From an uncultured Chloroflexia bacterium (GTDB taxonomy: Bacteria > Chloroflexota > Limnocylindria > Limnocylindrales > CSP1-4), in contig CAVORC010000013.1 in assembly GCA_963698505.1 (NCBI GenBank), positions 3,378 to 67,377 on the forward strand: a stretch of DNA of 64,000 bases. The letters are read 5' to 3'. The stretch's first letter is position 1; every line of letters begins with the position of its first letter. The notes beneath the pieces are model-generated. The model did no database searches and was not told where the DNA came from. It worked only from the letters and a program-made list of their open reading frames with translations. This document shows, in pieces, positions 35,408 through 45,462 of the stretch. The position numbers and the translations under genes were made by a program.

Positions 35408-35722
35408 GCTCCGCCCCCCTGCGCGTGTCCGGCACAGCCGATGATGGCGAACACGGGACGTGGCCGCAAGGGGCGAACGGGCCGGCCACCACCGAGATCG
35501 AGGCCCAGGAGCGGCCGCTCCCGTCGTTCTGCGCCAGCCGGTGAGCAGCATCGGACACGCCGGACGCATGGCCGCCACGCGGCCCCGTGCGCTGACGAGG
35601 CCGAGCAGCACGGTCGGGTGCGGTCCGTGGCACTACCAGATGCCGGGGACCATCGCGCCCCTTGCCGTACGAGGGTCGAGCCACCATCGTCGGCACACGT
35701 AGTACTTGAAGGGATCGGCAGC

Positions 35723-35992
35723 ATGGTCAGCGGCATCGTCACCCGACCGTTCGTCGTCCACGAGGTCATGCGCTGGCCCGCCGGCCGGCCGCGACCACTG
35801 GGCGAGTTCGAGCTGCGTACGGCCTCGCTGCGCATCGCCGCCAGCCTGCTGGGGGTCTCGGTCGCCAACCTCGACTGCGTCCTCGATGCGCGCGCCCAGC
35901 TCGGCGACGGGGGCTGCCCCGACTGCCACGCTGTCGCCATGCCGGCGCCACTTCCGCGCCCCTTCGAGGCGTGGCGGGCACACGGACGCTAG
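35723..35992 (+). CDS. hypothetical 89-aa protein
   Basis: ATG at 35723 in track ORF 35318..35992. High GC3. Contains a CPDC motif. Confidence 0.4.
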   Translation: MVSGIVTRPFVVHEVMRWPAGRPRPLGEFELRTASLRIAASLLGVSVANLDCVLDARAQLGDGGCPDCHAVAMPAPLPRPFEAWRAHGR

Positions 35993-36004
35993 GCTCCCGC
36001 CCCG

Positions 36005-37231
36005 TCAGTCGGCCAGCGCCTCGTCCAGGAAGCCGACCACGCGCGTTGCCCACTCATCGGGATGATCGCGCAGCGACTGGATATGGGGCGTGTCGGGGAG
36101 CTCCCACACCTGCATCGACGGCGCCGCGAGCTGCAAGGCCGGAGCGGCCGCCGATTCGTCCTCAGCACCGCCCACGATGAGCAGCAGCGGGACCCGCGCG
36201 GCAGCCGCGACGGCCTCGCGCAGCGGGAGGGGCGGGGCGGCACTCGTCATCATGTCGGCCACCGCCCACATCAGCTCGCCGTCCCAGCGCTGGATGGTCC
36301 CGGTGATGTCACCGGGTAGGTAGTCCATGTCGGCGGGGACGCGGGCGCTCACGCCCTCAGCCACGACGGCGTCCAGGCGCTCGTCAGCTGCGGCCGCGGT
36401 GATGGCGACCTCACCACCCATCGAGAGCCCAAGGATGCCGATGCGGCCGGGGTCCACGCCGGACTCCGCGAGGAGCCAGGTCAGCGCGCCGTCGACATCG
36501 GCCACGCCATGCCAGCCCCAGGCATTGCCCGTGCCGCCACTGTCGCCGGTACCGCGCGAGTCGAGCGCCAGCGTGCCGTACCCGTGCTCCTGCAAGACCG
36601 ATGCGTGCGCCAGGGTGGAGCCCTTGGCGCCGCCGGAGCCGGGCAGCAGGATGATGGTCGATCCATTGCTGGCGGGCGTGTACCAGGCCCGCAACGTCAC
36701 AGCATCGGCTGTCTCGAAGGCCACGAGCTGCGCGTCCGCGGGCCGCTCGGCCTCGAGCGGTGTCTGCGGTGGATGCGTGCCGTAGGCGGCACCGGCCAGC
36801 GGGATGAGCACGAACTGGAGGATGACGAAGGCGATGGGCAGGGCCGCCAGGCGCCACCAGCGTGGGGCTGCCCGGACGAGCATCCAGGTGCCCGCGGCGA
36901 GGAGCACGACGCCCGCCACCAGCGCTGCGAGGGAGACCAGCGCCACGATCGTGATGCCGCTGGTGGTGAGCCACACCGGCCCGATGCCGGCGCCGAAGCT
37001 GAAGCCCAGGATGCCTCCGATGAGGGCCGCCGATCCACGTCGCGCAGCACGCTCGTCGATCGTCAGCACCAGCAGGGCACCGCTGATCACCACCATCAGC
37101 GCCACGCCCACGAGGCGGGCAAGGCTGCCGAGGTCAGAGATGAGGGCCACGGTCACGAGCTCGAGACCGACGAGCACCTGGGCGGTCACCAGCACTGGCT
37201 GGCGGCGGAAGGGTCGGAGCAGGCGCATCAC
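36005..37231 (-). CDS. membrane-anchored alpha/beta hydrolase
   Basis: An N-terminal hydrophobic region of about 150 aa is followed by IILLPGSGG...LDSRGTGDSGG...GILGLSMGG (GxSxG nucleophile elbow). Confidence 0.8.
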   Translation of the reverse strand: MMRLLRPFRRQPVLVTAQVLVGLELVTVALISDLGSLARLVGVALMVVISGALLVLTIDERAARRGSAALIGGILGFSFGAGIGPVWLTTSGITIVALVSLAALVAGVVLLAAGTWMLVRAAPRWWRLAALPIAFVILQFVLIPLAGAAYGTHPPQTPLEAERPADAQLVAFETADAVTLRAWYTPASNGSTIILLPGSGGAKGSTLAHASVLQEHGYGTLALDSRGTGDSGGTGNAWGWHGVADVDGALTWLLAESGVDPGRIGILGLSMGGEVAITAAAADERLDAVVAEGVSARVPADMDYLPGDITGTIQRWDGELMWAVADMMTSAAPPLPLREAVAAAARVPLLLIVGGAEDESAAAPALQLAAPSMQVWELPDTPHIQSLRDHPDEWATRVVGFLDEALAD

Positions 37232-37340
37232 GAACCCTCACACTGCACGCTCGCGTCGCCGAGGGCGAGCGCCAGAGCGACCGTGTGGGCAGGCCGACGG
37301 TCATGCATCGATCCCGACAGCGATGCAGCCCCGGGCGATC

Positions 37341-37712
37341 TCAGCTGTAGAGCTGCCAGCCCCACGCGTACCAGATGATGATCCCGTTGAAGACGAGGCT
37401 GACGCCGATGAGCAGGTTGTCATAGGCGCCCTTGTACGGCAGCCCGACCAGGTTGAAGATCACCAGGAAGCCACTGGCGATGATGTTCAGCCAGCGGATG
37501 AGCGCGTGGTCGATGGTCAGGGTCAGGACCAGCATCAGGATGGGGATGAGCATCACGCTTGCCGCGATCAGCCACATCGACCCCGACACCGGCCGTCCGG
37601 CCATCCTGCCCGGCTCCATGTCTCCGGCGAAGATGCGCAACACGTCGCCCAGCAGGTACGTCAGCATCAGCGCGACCCAGAGTCCGGCAAGGACCAGCCT
37701 CGTCTCGTCCAT
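37341..37712 (-). CDS. DUF6326-like small membrane protein
   Basis: ATG at 37712. MDETRLVLAGLWVALMLTYLLGDVLRIFAGD...NIIASGFLVIFNLVG...IIIWYAWGW. Confidence 0.6.
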   Translation of the reverse strand: MDETRLVLAGLWVALMLTYLLGDVLRIFAGDMEPGRMAGRPVSGSMWLIAASVMLIPILMLVLTLTIDHALIRWLNIIASGFLVIFNLVGLPYKGAYDNLLIGVSLVFNGIIIWYAWGWQLYS

Positions 37713-37790
37713 GGCTCGATGATGCCAGCCCGGTCGCCCGGTCGCGAGCCGAGGCGGCGTGTGCGGCGAGGGGCTACGGTATCCACGACC

Positions 37791-38279
37791 ATGTCCACTG
37801 CCGCCGCACTCGCGCCGCCATTCCGCGCCTTCATCGAGCGTCGCCGGACCGCCGTCCTCGTGACGCTCGCCGCCGATGGACGACCCCGTCCCGTGCCCAT
37901 CTGTTTCGTGCTCGATGACATCGACGGCCAGGGGGCCGTGCTGTACACGCCCCTCGACGAGAAGCCCAAGCGTGATCCTGACGTCAGCCGCATGGCGCGT
38001 GTCCGCGACATCACCGCTCGCCCGGGCGTGACCCTGCTCTTCGAGCACTGGGACGAGGACTGGACACAGCTCGCCTGGCTCAGAGCTCGCGGCGACGCGG
38101 TCCTCGATGACGCCGCGACGGACCCGGAGCGCCACCGGCGGGTGGTGGCGTCATTGCGGCGCAAGTACCCGCAGTACCGGCGCCACGCGCTCGAGCAGCG
38201 GCCGCTCATCCGCGTGGACCTTCACGACATCAGTGCCTGGAGTGCCGATGGCCACCTGGCGGCCGAGGTCGACGCATAA
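37791..38279 (+). CDS. PPOX-class (pyridoxamine 5-phosphate oxidase fold) probable F420-dependent enzyme
   Basis: ATG at 37791. FIERRRTAVLVTLAADGRPRPVPICF...LYTPLDEKPK...LLFEHWDEDWTQLAWLRARG. Confidence 0.7.
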   Translation: MSTAAALAPPFRAFIERRRTAVLVTLAADGRPRPVPICFVLDDIDGQGAVLYTPLDEKPKRDPDVSRMARVRDITARPGVTLLFEHWDEDWTQLAWLRARGDAVLDDAATDPERHRRVVASLRRKYPQYRRHALEQRPLIRVDLHDISAWSADGHLAAEVDA

Positions 38280-38299
38280 CGAGGCGGGATACTGCAGAC

Positions 38300-39529
38300 A
38301 TGTCCGACACCGGCGTGCAACACAGCTACGTCAGCCACCTGGAGGCTGCCATCGACGGCACGGTGCTGCCGGCCAACACCCTGCAGACGACCCACGCCGG
38401 CCGGCCCCTCTGGGTTCGCTACGATCTGGACGCCGTCGCTGCTGCCGTCGATCGCGATGCGCTGCGGTCACGCTCCGCCGGCATGTGGCGCTACCGCGAG
38501 CTGCTGCCGCTCGGCGACGTCGATCAGCGGGTCTCGCTGGGCGAGACGATGACGCCGTTGCTCGACGCCCCGCGCCTGGCTGCGCACCTGGGCCTGGCGA
38601 ACCTGCGTATCAAGGACGAGTCACGCCTGCCGACGGGGTCCTTCAAGGCCCGCGGCATGGCCATGGCGGTCTCGATGGCGCGCGAGCTGGGAGTCCGCCG
38701 CGTGGCAGCCCCCACCGCGGGCAACGCGGGCGGAGCCCTGGCCGCCTACGCTGCTCGCGCCGGCATGGACGCCTGGGTCTTCATGCCGGCGGACACGCCG
38801 ATGGTCAACCGCTACGAGGCCTCGCTCTACGGCGCGCACGCCTTCCTCGTGGATGGGCTCATCACCGACTGCGGTGCCATCGTCCGCGACGGTGTGGAGC
38901 CGATGGGCTGGTTCGACATGAGCACGCTCAAGGAGCCGTATCGCATCGAGGGCAAGAAGACGATGGGCCTGGAGCTGGCCGATCAGCTCGACTGGCGCCT
39001 GCCCGACGTCGTCCTCTATCCCACCGGTGGAGGCACCGGCCTCATCGGCATGTGGAAGGCCTTCGGCGAGCTGGCATCACTGGGCTGGCTCGAGTCGCCC
39101 GTCCGGCCTCGCCTGTACGCCTGCCAGTCGGACGGTTGCGCTCCCATCGCCGATGCCTGGTCAGCCGGAGAGCGATTCGCCGAGCCGGCACAGAACGCGC
39201 AGACGGTCGCGAGCGGCATCCGCGTGCCGGCGGCGGTGGGCGACTTCATGATCCTCGACGCCGTCCGCGACTCGGGTGGAGCGGCCCTCGTGGCGGAGGA
39301 GGGGAGGCTGCTCGAGTGGATGCGACTCGCCAGCGGGCTGGAGGGCATCGCCCTGTGCCCGGAGGCCGCGGCATGCCTGGACGTGCTCGACCGGCTGGTG
39401 CGAGGCGGCGGCATCCAGCCCGACGAGGAGGTGGTCGTCTTCAACACCGGCGCCGCGCAGAAGTACGTCGAGGCCATGGCGACCGACCTCCCCCTCGTCG
39501 GATCGCCCGTGGACTACCGGGCGTTCTGA
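38300..39529 (+). CDS. thrC: threonine synthase (PLP-dependent)
   Basis: WRYRELLPL, GETMTPLL, LRIKDESRLPTGSFKARGMA (PLP-lysine motif) and AAPTAGNAGGALAAYAA. Confidence 0.75.
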   Translation: MSDTGVQHSYVSHLEAAIDGTVLPANTLQTTHAGRPLWVRYDLDAVAAAVDRDALRSRSAGMWRYRELLPLGDVDQRVSLGETMTPLLDAPRLAAHLGLANLRIKDESRLPTGSFKARGMAMAVSMARELGVRRVAAPTAGNAGGALAAYAARAGMDAWVFMPADTPMVNRYEASLYGAHAFLVDGLITDCGAIVRDGVEPMGWFDMSTLKEPYRIEGKKTMGLELADQLDWRLPDVVLYPTGGGTGLIGMWKAFGELASLGWLESPVRPRLYACQSDGCAPIADAWSAGERFAEPAQNAQTVASGIRVPAAVGDFMILDAVRDSGGAALVAEEGRLLEWMRLASGLEGIALCPEAAACLDVLDRLVRGGGIQPDEEVVVFNTGAAQKYVEAMATDLPLVGSPVDYRAF

Positions 39530-39530
39530 C

Positions 39531-40022
39531 TCAGGCTCGGCTCGCGCCCGGCGTCCAGAATCCCTCGTGGACCGCGGCGGCCTCCGGCAGGTCGGCCGGG
39601 CCCTCCACCCTGATGGGACGCTGGCCGGCGGCAAGGACGTCACGCACGGGCAGGCTCATCGTGGGGTTCGCCGGGTCGGCGCCGGTGAAGCGCAGCAGGC
39701 TGCCCTCGGAGAGCGCGTAGACCACCCGCCCGACCCCGCTCCAGTAGATGGCGCCAGCGCACATGGCGCACGGCTCAGTGCTGCTGTAGAGCGTACAGCC
39801 GGCGAGGATGTCCGGGCTGACGGTGCGCGAGGCCAGCCGCACCAGGTTGAGCTCGGCGTGCCCGGTGACATCGCGCTCGCTGACGACGGTGTTGCCGGCC
39901 TCGAGCAGGATCTCCCCGTCGGCCGAGGCCAGCACCGCGCCGAAGGGATGGTTTCCGGCGGCTCGAGCCACGCCTGCGACGGCGACGGCGCGGCGCAGCA
40001 GCCGCAGGTCGTCAGCGTCCAC
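39531..40022 (-). CDS. CMP/dCMP-type zinc deaminase (guanine/tRNA-adenosine deaminase-like)
   Basis: HAELNLV ... PCAMCAGAI zinc-binding motifs. 163 aa. Confidence 0.8.
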   Translation of the reverse strand: MDADDLRLLRRAVAVAGVARAAGNHPFGAVLASADGEILLEAGNTVVSERDVTGHAELNLVRLASRTVSPDILAGCTLYSSTEPCAMCAGAIYWSGVGRVVYALSEGSLLRFTGADPANPTMSLPVRDVLAAGQRPIRVEGPADLPEAAAVHEGFWTPGASRA

Positions 40023-40338
40023 GCTTCAGCAGCGTGAGCAGCATCGTCACCGGCGTCCGCGCCAGCACGCTGTGCGGCAGGTTGGCCGGCAGGTGGATCC
40101 AGGTGCCCGGGCGGCCGTCGACGTCCTCGTCGCCGAGCGTGATGCGCGCCTCGCCCTCCACGATCTCCAGCGTCACCGGCATGGCCGCGGTGTGGTCCGA
40201 GAGCTGCTGGCCGGCGGCGAACGAGAAGAGGACGACCCGCGCGTCGTCGTCGCTATGGATAGCACGGCTAAGGATCCCATCAGCCGGCAGCTCCACCGGC
40301 TCGCGCAGGTCGCAGATGGTGGGTCGCAGAGGGTCCAC
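40012..40338 (-). CDS. cupin domain protein
   Basis: GTG at 40338 after AAGGAG. VLFSFAAGQQLSDHTAAMPVTLEIVEGEARITLG...WIHLPANLPHSV. The track ORF extends to 40416. Confidence 0.65.
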   Translation of the reverse strand: MDPLRPTICDLREPVELPADGILSRAIHSDDDARVVLFSFAAGQQLSDHTAAMPVTLEIVEGEARITLGDEDVDGRPGTWIHLPANLPHSVLARTPVTMLLTLLKRGR

Positions 40339-40406
40339 GTCGTCTCCTTTGGCGGTGAAGCCCGAGACTACACCGTGCTGGCTATCCTTCAGGCACAGGA
40401 GGGGAC

Positions 40407-41228
40407 ATGCCGGCACGATCGATCGAGCTCATCAGGCACGCACCACGGGTGCGCACGCTGGAGGTGCGGCGCGTCGCTCGCCCGGGTCCGCGATACCAGC
40501 TGATCACGCTGGCGGGGGGCGACCTGGGCGACTTCCAGACACCCAGCCCCACCGACCACGTGGGCATCATCCCGCCGGCCCCCGATGGTGAGCTCGGCCT
40601 GCCGCAGGTCGAGGATGGCCGATTGCGCTGGCCGGCTGCGCGGCCGCCGATGCGCGAGTACACCGTGCGCCGCTTCGACCCCGCGTCGGGCGAGCTGGAC
40701 GTGCGCATCCTGCTGCACGACGGTGGCGGGCCGGTATCCGGCTGGGCCGCCGCTGCCAAGCCTGGCGATCGGGTCGGCGTCGTCGGTCCGCTCAGCTCCA
40801 AGGTCATGCCCGATGGCTATCCCAACTACCTGCTCGCGGGTGACCTCACCGCGGTCCCTGCCATCGCGCGCTGGCTCAGCGTGCTGCCGGAGGGCGCCAG
40901 CGCGCAGGTCCTCATCGCTGCCGGCAGCGAGGACGATGTCATCGAGCTGCACTGTGCCCAGCCCATCAGCGTGCGCTGGCTGACCGAGGGTGGGCGCCCA
41001 GAAGCCGAGCAGCTGCCACCCGCGCTGCGAGAGCTCGAGCTGTATTCCGCAGACACCTGGGCCTGGGTCGCCGGTGAGGCCGTCGCCATGCGCGAGGTCC
41101 GGCGCGTCCTTCTCGACAAGCCGGGTCTCACCGCGGAGACCGTCAAGGTCACCGGCTACTGGCGGCGGGACCGCGCCGATTTCGACTACGAGGCACCGCT
41201 CGACGCCGACGGGCCGCCGATGCGGTAG
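40407..41228 (+). CDS. siderophore-interacting FAD-binding protein (SIP/ViuB-like)
   Basis: ATG after AGGAGG. REYTVRRFDP..ELDVRILLHDGGGPVSGWAAAAKPGDRVGVVGP...LLAGDLTAVPAIARWL...WVAGEAVAMREVRR...GYWRR. Confidence 0.8.
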   Translation: MPARSIELIRHAPRVRTLEVRRVARPGPRYQLITLAGGDLGDFQTPSPTDHVGIIPPAPDGELGLPQVEDGRLRWPAARPPMREYTVRRFDPASGELDVRILLHDGGGPVSGWAAAAKPGDRVGVVGPLSSKVMPDGYPNYLLAGDLTAVPAIARWLSVLPEGASAQVLIAAGSEDDVIELHCAQPISVRWLTEGGRPEAEQLPPALRELELYSADTWAWVAGEAVAMREVRRVLLDKPGLTAETVKVTGYWRRDRADFDYEAPLDADGPPMR

Positions 41229-42352
41229 ATGAAGCCGGCCTTGTCGTCCGAGACATAGAGCGCGCCGTCGCTGCCGACGATGACGCCCGCTGGCCGACCG
41301 CTGGCGTCGCCGCTGGCGTCGTCGAGGAAGCCGCCGACGAGCACCTCGGGGGCACCCGTTGGCCCGTCGTCCCAGGGCACCCACACGACCTCGTAGCCCA
41401 CCTTGGTCGAGCGGTTCCACGACCCGTGGAAGGCGATGACGGCGTGGTCGCGCCAGAAGGCCAGCCCCAGCGGGGCCGCGTGCGCCTGGTACGTCAGAGC
41501 CGGCTCAGCCACGCCTTGGCAGCCACGCAGGCCGCTGTCGGGGTCGGGTTGGTCGCCGAAGTCGGGATCGGGGATCTCCGCGGCGTGACAGCGCGGCCAG
41601 CCGGCATCGGCGCCCTGGACGACGCGGTACAGCGTCTCCGGTGGCAGGTCGTCGCCCATCAGGTCGCGCCCGTGGTTGGTGGCCCAGGCCTCGCCGGTCG
41701 CGGGATCCACCGCGACACCCACCGCATTGCGCAGGCCACGCATGAGCACGCGGGAGCTGATGCCCTCCGCCGGCGCGGTGACGATGCTGGCGCGTTCAGG
41801 GTCCTCCTCCCAGCAGACGTTGCAGCTGGAACCGACGCTGACGAGCAGCGAGCCGTCCGGCGCGACGACGATCGTGCGCGTGGAGTGCTGGCCGCCGCGA
41901 GGGTAGGTGAGGATGGCTGCGCGTGCGCTGTCGCGCAACTCGTCGTCCAGGGTCACGCGGTAGAGGATGCCGCTGCCGGCGATGAGCAGCGAGCCGTCGG
42001 CGGCGAAGGCGAGCGAGTGCGCCATGTCGTAGCCCTCGCCGACCACGATGGTCTCGTCGGCCTGCCCGTCCCGGTCCCGGTCAGGCAGGGCCAGCACGCG
42101 GTCCTCGCCCTGCTCGGCCACGAAGAGCGTGCCGTCGGGGCTGACGGCCATGAACCGCGGGCGATCAAGGCCCTGGGCGAAGACCGTGGACTCGAACCCT
42201 TCGAGCAGCTGCAACACGGTCTGGCCCGGGGCGCCGCGGTCGAAGCTGACGCCGGCGAAGCGGAGGATAGGTTCGCGCAGGAGCCATGTGCCGGCGCCAA
42301 GGATGACCAGCACGGCCAGCGCGAAGAGGGCAAGCCGTAGCGCTCGGGTCAT
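41186..42352 (-). CDS. PQQ-dependent sugar (glucose/sorbosone) dehydrogenase-like beta-propeller, membrane anchored
   Basis: ATG at 42352 in track ORF 41186..43192. MTRALRLALFALAVLVILGAG, GLDRPRFMAVSPDGTLFVAE, RNAVGVAVDPATGEAWATNHGRD and AHAAPLGLAF. Confidence 0.75.
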   Translation of the reverse strand: MTRALRLALFALAVLVILGAGTWLLREPILRFAGVSFDRGAPGQTVLQLLEGFESTVFAQGLDRPRFMAVSPDGTLFVAEQGEDRVLALPDRDRDGQADETIVVGEGYDMAHSLAFAADGSLLIAGSGILYRVTLDDELRDSARAAILTYPRGGQHSTRTIVVAPDGSLLVSVGSSCNVCWEEDPERASIVTAPAEGISSRVLMRGLRNAVGVAVDPATGEAWATNHGRDLMGDDLPPETLYRVVQGADAGWPRCHAAEIPDPDFGDQPDPDSGLRGCQGVAEPALTYQAHAAPLGLAFWRDHAVIAFHGSWNRSTKVGYEVVWVPWDDGPTGAPEVLVGGFLDDASGDASGRPAGVIVGSDGALYVSDDKAGFIYRIGGPSASSGAS

Positions 42353-42442
42353 CGTGGACGCTCGACCCCCATCTGCTGACCGATGACGACGTCCGGCATG
42401 GCTAACAGGATATCGTCGCTCGAGCGCCGTACCATCGGGCCC

Positions 42443-44374
42443 ATGAATCGCTTGCAGACCCTGCCCTACGGCTCCTGGCCGTCTCCCATCAGCGTCGAGA
42501 TGGCGGTCGGCGCCTCCCGCGGCCTCTCGGAGCCCCGTCCCGACGGGGACGACCTCTATGTCCTCGAGTCGCGGCCCGAGGAGGCCGGCCGCGTGGTCCT
42601 GCTGCGGATCGCCGCGGACGGGGAAGTCAGCGACATGGCGCCGGGTCTGAACGTGCGCACCCGCGTCCACGAGTACGGTGGCGGTGCCTACGCCGTTCGC
42701 GATGGCGTCATCGTGTTCTCCGAGTTCGATGACAACCGCCTGCTGTTGAAGCGTGATCCTGAGGCTGATGTGCAGGAGCTCGTGACCGACCCGGCCCTGC
42801 GCTTCGCCGACCTGGCCATCGATGCTGCGCGCGATCGCGTCTACGCGGTGATGGAGGACCAGCGCCGGTCGGCCATCGAGGCGCGCAACCTGCTGGTCGC
42901 GGTGTCCCTCGCCGACGGCTCCATCACCGAGCTGGCCACTGGCCACGACTTCTACTCCGATCCGACCCTCAGCCCCGACGGTTCGCGACTCGCCTGGGTG
43001 AGCTGGGATTTCCCCCAGATGCCCTGGGACGGCACCGACCTGTGGGTGGGGCAGCTCGGGGTCGACGGCACGCCGGGCCTGCCCGACCACGTCGCCGGCA
43101 GCGCGCGCGAATCGATCCTGCAGCCGCGCTGGGCGCCCGACGGCTCGCTGTACTTCATCTCCGACCGCAGCGACTGGTGGAACCTGTACCACTGGCGCGA
43201 CGGCGCCAGCGACGCGGTGGCCGTGGCCCCGATGGAGGCCGAGATCGGCGGCCCCCAGTGGGTCTTCGGCCTGTCCGACTACGATGTCGACGCCGACGGC
43301 AGCGTCTACGCCTTCGCCAGCGGGCCCGGCGGCGCCAGGCTGCTGTCGCTGGCCCCGGGGATGAGCCCGCGTGAGGTCAGCTTCGACGCCCGTGGCCTGG
43401 CCTATCTACGGGTACAGGGCGGGGTCCTGAGCGCCATCGCCACCAGTCCGACGCAGCCGACGGCGCTGTTCCGCCTCGACCTCCGCGGCGGCACGGCCGA
43501 GCGGCTGCGCGAGACCACCACGCTCGAGATCGATGCCGGCTCCCTGGCGACGCCGCAGCAGATCGAGTTCCCGACCTCCGGCGGACGCACGGCGTACGCC
43601 TGGTACTACCCACCCACCAACCCCGACGTCAGCGCCTCCGAAGGGGAGCTGCCGCCGCTGGTGGTGATGTCGCACGGTGGCCCCACCAGCCAGGCGCGGA
43701 CGTCGCTCAGCCTCGAGCGGCAGGCATTCACCAGCCGTGGCTTTGCCGTCGTGGACGTCGACTACGGCGGCTCGACCGGCTATGGGCGTGCCTTCCGCGA
43801 CCAGCTGCGCGAGCAGTGGGGCGTCGTCGACGTGGATGACTGCACCAACGCTGCGCTCCATCTCGCCGAACGTGGGCTGGCAGATCGCGACCGCCTGGCC
43901 ATCCGCGGCGGCAGTGCCGGCGGCTACACCACGCTCGCCTCGCTCTGCTTCCGGGACGTCTTCGCGGCGGGGACGTCCTTCTATGGGCTGGGCGACCTGG
44001 AGGCCTTCGTCGACATCACGCACAAGTTCGAGTCGCGCTACATGGACATCCTGGTGGGTCCGTATCCAGCAGAGGTCGAGCGCTATCGCGAGCGCTCGCC
44101 GAACCACTACGCGGACCGGATCTCCTGCCCGGTGCTCGTGATGCAGGGTGCCGACGACAAGGTGGTGCCGCCGTCACAGGCTGAAGGCATCGTAGCGGCG
44201 CTGGCGAAGAACGGCCTGCCGCATGCCTACATCCTCTTCGCGGGGGAGGGCCACGGGTTCCGCCAGGCCGCCAACCAGCGACGCGCGCTGGAGGCGGAGC
44301 TGTCGTTCTATGCCCAGGTCTTCGGCTTCGAGCTGGCCGATGGCATCGCCCAGCTCGAGATCACCGGCCTGTAG
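42443..44374 (+). CDS. S9 family prolyl oligopeptidase / acylaminoacyl peptidase
   Basis: ATG at 42443. LPYGSWPSPIS, beta-propeller region, IRGGSAGGYTTL (GxSxGG), QGADDKVVPPSQ and EGHGF. Confidence 0.85.
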   Translation: MNRLQTLPYGSWPSPISVEMAVGASRGLSEPRPDGDDLYVLESRPEEAGRVVLLRIAADGEVSDMAPGLNVRTRVHEYGGGAYAVRDGVIVFSEFDDNRLLLKRDPEADVQELVTDPALRFADLAIDAARDRVYAVMEDQRRSAIEARNLLVAVSLADGSITELATGHDFYSDPTLSPDGSRLAWVSWDFPQMPWDGTDLWVGQLGVDGTPGLPDHVAGSARESILQPRWAPDGSLYFISDRSDWWNLYHWRDGASDAVAVAPMEAEIGGPQWVFGLSDYDVDADGSVYAFASGPGGARLLSLAPGMSPREVSFDARGLAYLRVQGGVLSAIATSPTQPTALFRLDLRGGTAERLRETTTLEIDAGSLATPQQIEFPTSGGRTAYAWYYPPTNPDVSASEGELPPLVVMSHGGPTSQARTSLSLERQAFTSRGFAVVDVDYGGSTGYGRAFRDQLREQWGVVDVDDCTNAALHLAERGLADRDRLAIRGGSAGGYTTLASLCFRDVFAAGTSFYGLGDLEAFVDITHKFESRYMDILVGPYPAEVERYRERSPNHYADRISCPVLVMQGADDKVVPPSQAEGIVAALAKNGLPHAYILFAGEGHGFRQAANQRRALEAELSFYAQVFGFELADGIAQLEITGL

Positions 44375-44462
44375 CTGACCTGCGGCCCGCACACACGAAG
44401 GAGCGGCCGCCGGGAAAGGGGCCCGGCGGCCGCGCGTGCGGGGAGGCGAGTCGTGTCGACGG

Positions 44463-45110
44463 CTACGCGTCGGTGACACCAGCGGCGCTGGTGTCTTCGG
44501 TCGCGCCCGCGTCACCGGCGGGCTCCTCCGCGGGGGTCTCTGCGGCGTCACTCGTCGTCTCGTCGGCCGCCGGCTGGATGACGATCCGCTGCGCCACGAA
44601 GTCAGCGTCGTCCTCCGACTCGGACCAGACCATGACCTGCGCGCCCATCTCGATGTCGGCCGGGGTGACCTCCGTGGGGACCATGCGCTGGCGGCTCCAG
44701 CCGCGGCGCTCCACGGTCTGCTCGCTGAAGGCCACGACCTGGGTGTCCTCGCCGAGCGTGACGCTGACGGTTTCGCCACTGCCGAGCGTGAACGTCAGAC
44801 TGCCGTCGGTGGCGGCGTCGACGACGCCCTGCTCGACGCGCCGAGAGCTGATGCCGTCGGCCGTCTGGAGCGTGACCTCGCGACGCTCGAAGTCATCCTG
44901 CGCGCCGCCCATCCAGGCCCACAGGCCATCGCGCAGCTGGCCGCCCATGGCGCCCATGCCGTCCATGCGGCGCTCGAGCCGATCGCCGGGCCCGAAGCCG
45001 CGATCATCATCGTCCGGCGGACCGAACGCCGCCACGCTGGCGGTGCTGGCGATGACGAGGGCCAGGGTCGTGCCGCTGACGACTGCCAGTCGGTTCCTGT
45101 TCATCTGCAT
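44463..45110 (-). CDS. secreted hypothetical acidic protein
   Basis: ATG at 45110. MQMNRNRLAVVSGTTLALVIASTASVAAFG signal peptide and an acidic C-terminal tail. Confidence 0.55.
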   Translation of the reverse strand: MQMNRNRLAVVSGTTLALVIASTASVAAFGPPDDDDRGFGPGDRLERRMDGMGAMGGQLRDGLWAWMGGAQDDFERREVTLQTADGISSRRVEQGVVDAATDGSLTFTLGSGETVSVTLGEDTQVVAFSEQTVERRGWSRQRMVPTEVTPADIEMGAQVMVWSESEDDADFVAQRIVIQPAADETTSDAAETPAEEPAGDAGATEDTSAAGVTDA

Positions 45111-45300
45111 GGTGATCGACCTCTTGTGGTTCGTGAGCGGCGCTGTCGCGAGCACCGGCCGTCCCGGAGGGGCGGCGATGTGCACGATGGGGGCGGAGCG
45201 TACGCCACAGCGGGAGCGACTGTAAGCGCCTGGTAAGTGGCTGGCGATCCGCCCCGGCTGGAGGATTGGCAGGTTCTTGCGGCATTTGCTATCATTCTGC

Positions 45301-45375
45301 GGCGAGGTGGAGCAGTGGTAGCTCATCGGGCTCATAACCCGAAGGTCGGCGGTTCGAATCCGTCCCTCGCAACCA
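45301..45375 (+). tRNA. tRNA-Met (CAU), initiator-type features, CCA encoded
   Basis: GGCGAGGTGGAGCAGTGGTAGCTCATCGGGCTCATAACCCGAAGGTCGGCGGTTCGAATCCGTCCCTCGCAACCA. Three G-C pairs (GGG/CCC) close the anticodon stem, and position 1:72 is unpaired by my fold (G/A). Very close to E. coli tRNA-fMet. Confidence 0.85.
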
Positions 45376-45392
45376 ACGACTCCTGACGTGAG

Positions 45393-45421
45393 AACCCCGG
45401 GTCCCGCCCCCGGGGTTTTCC
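45393..45421. terminator. intrinsic terminator hairpin (bidirectional: A-tract / T-tract flanks)
   Basis: aaCCCCGGGtcccgccCCCGGGGttttcc, a 7-9 bp GC stem followed by TTTT. Sits between the tRNA-Met and the convergent minus-strand operon. Confidence 0.6.
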
Positions 45422-45462
45422 TTTTCCCGGCGTGGCGCTCAGTCCGGTTCCCGGCGTTGCGC

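Noticed and set aside
41186-41228. 43-nt convergent overlap of the SIP gene and sugar dehydrogenase gene 3-prime ends.
   Set aside because: Both overlapping tails are non-conserved extensions. This is probably a trivial consequence of rare stop codons in GC-rich DNA.
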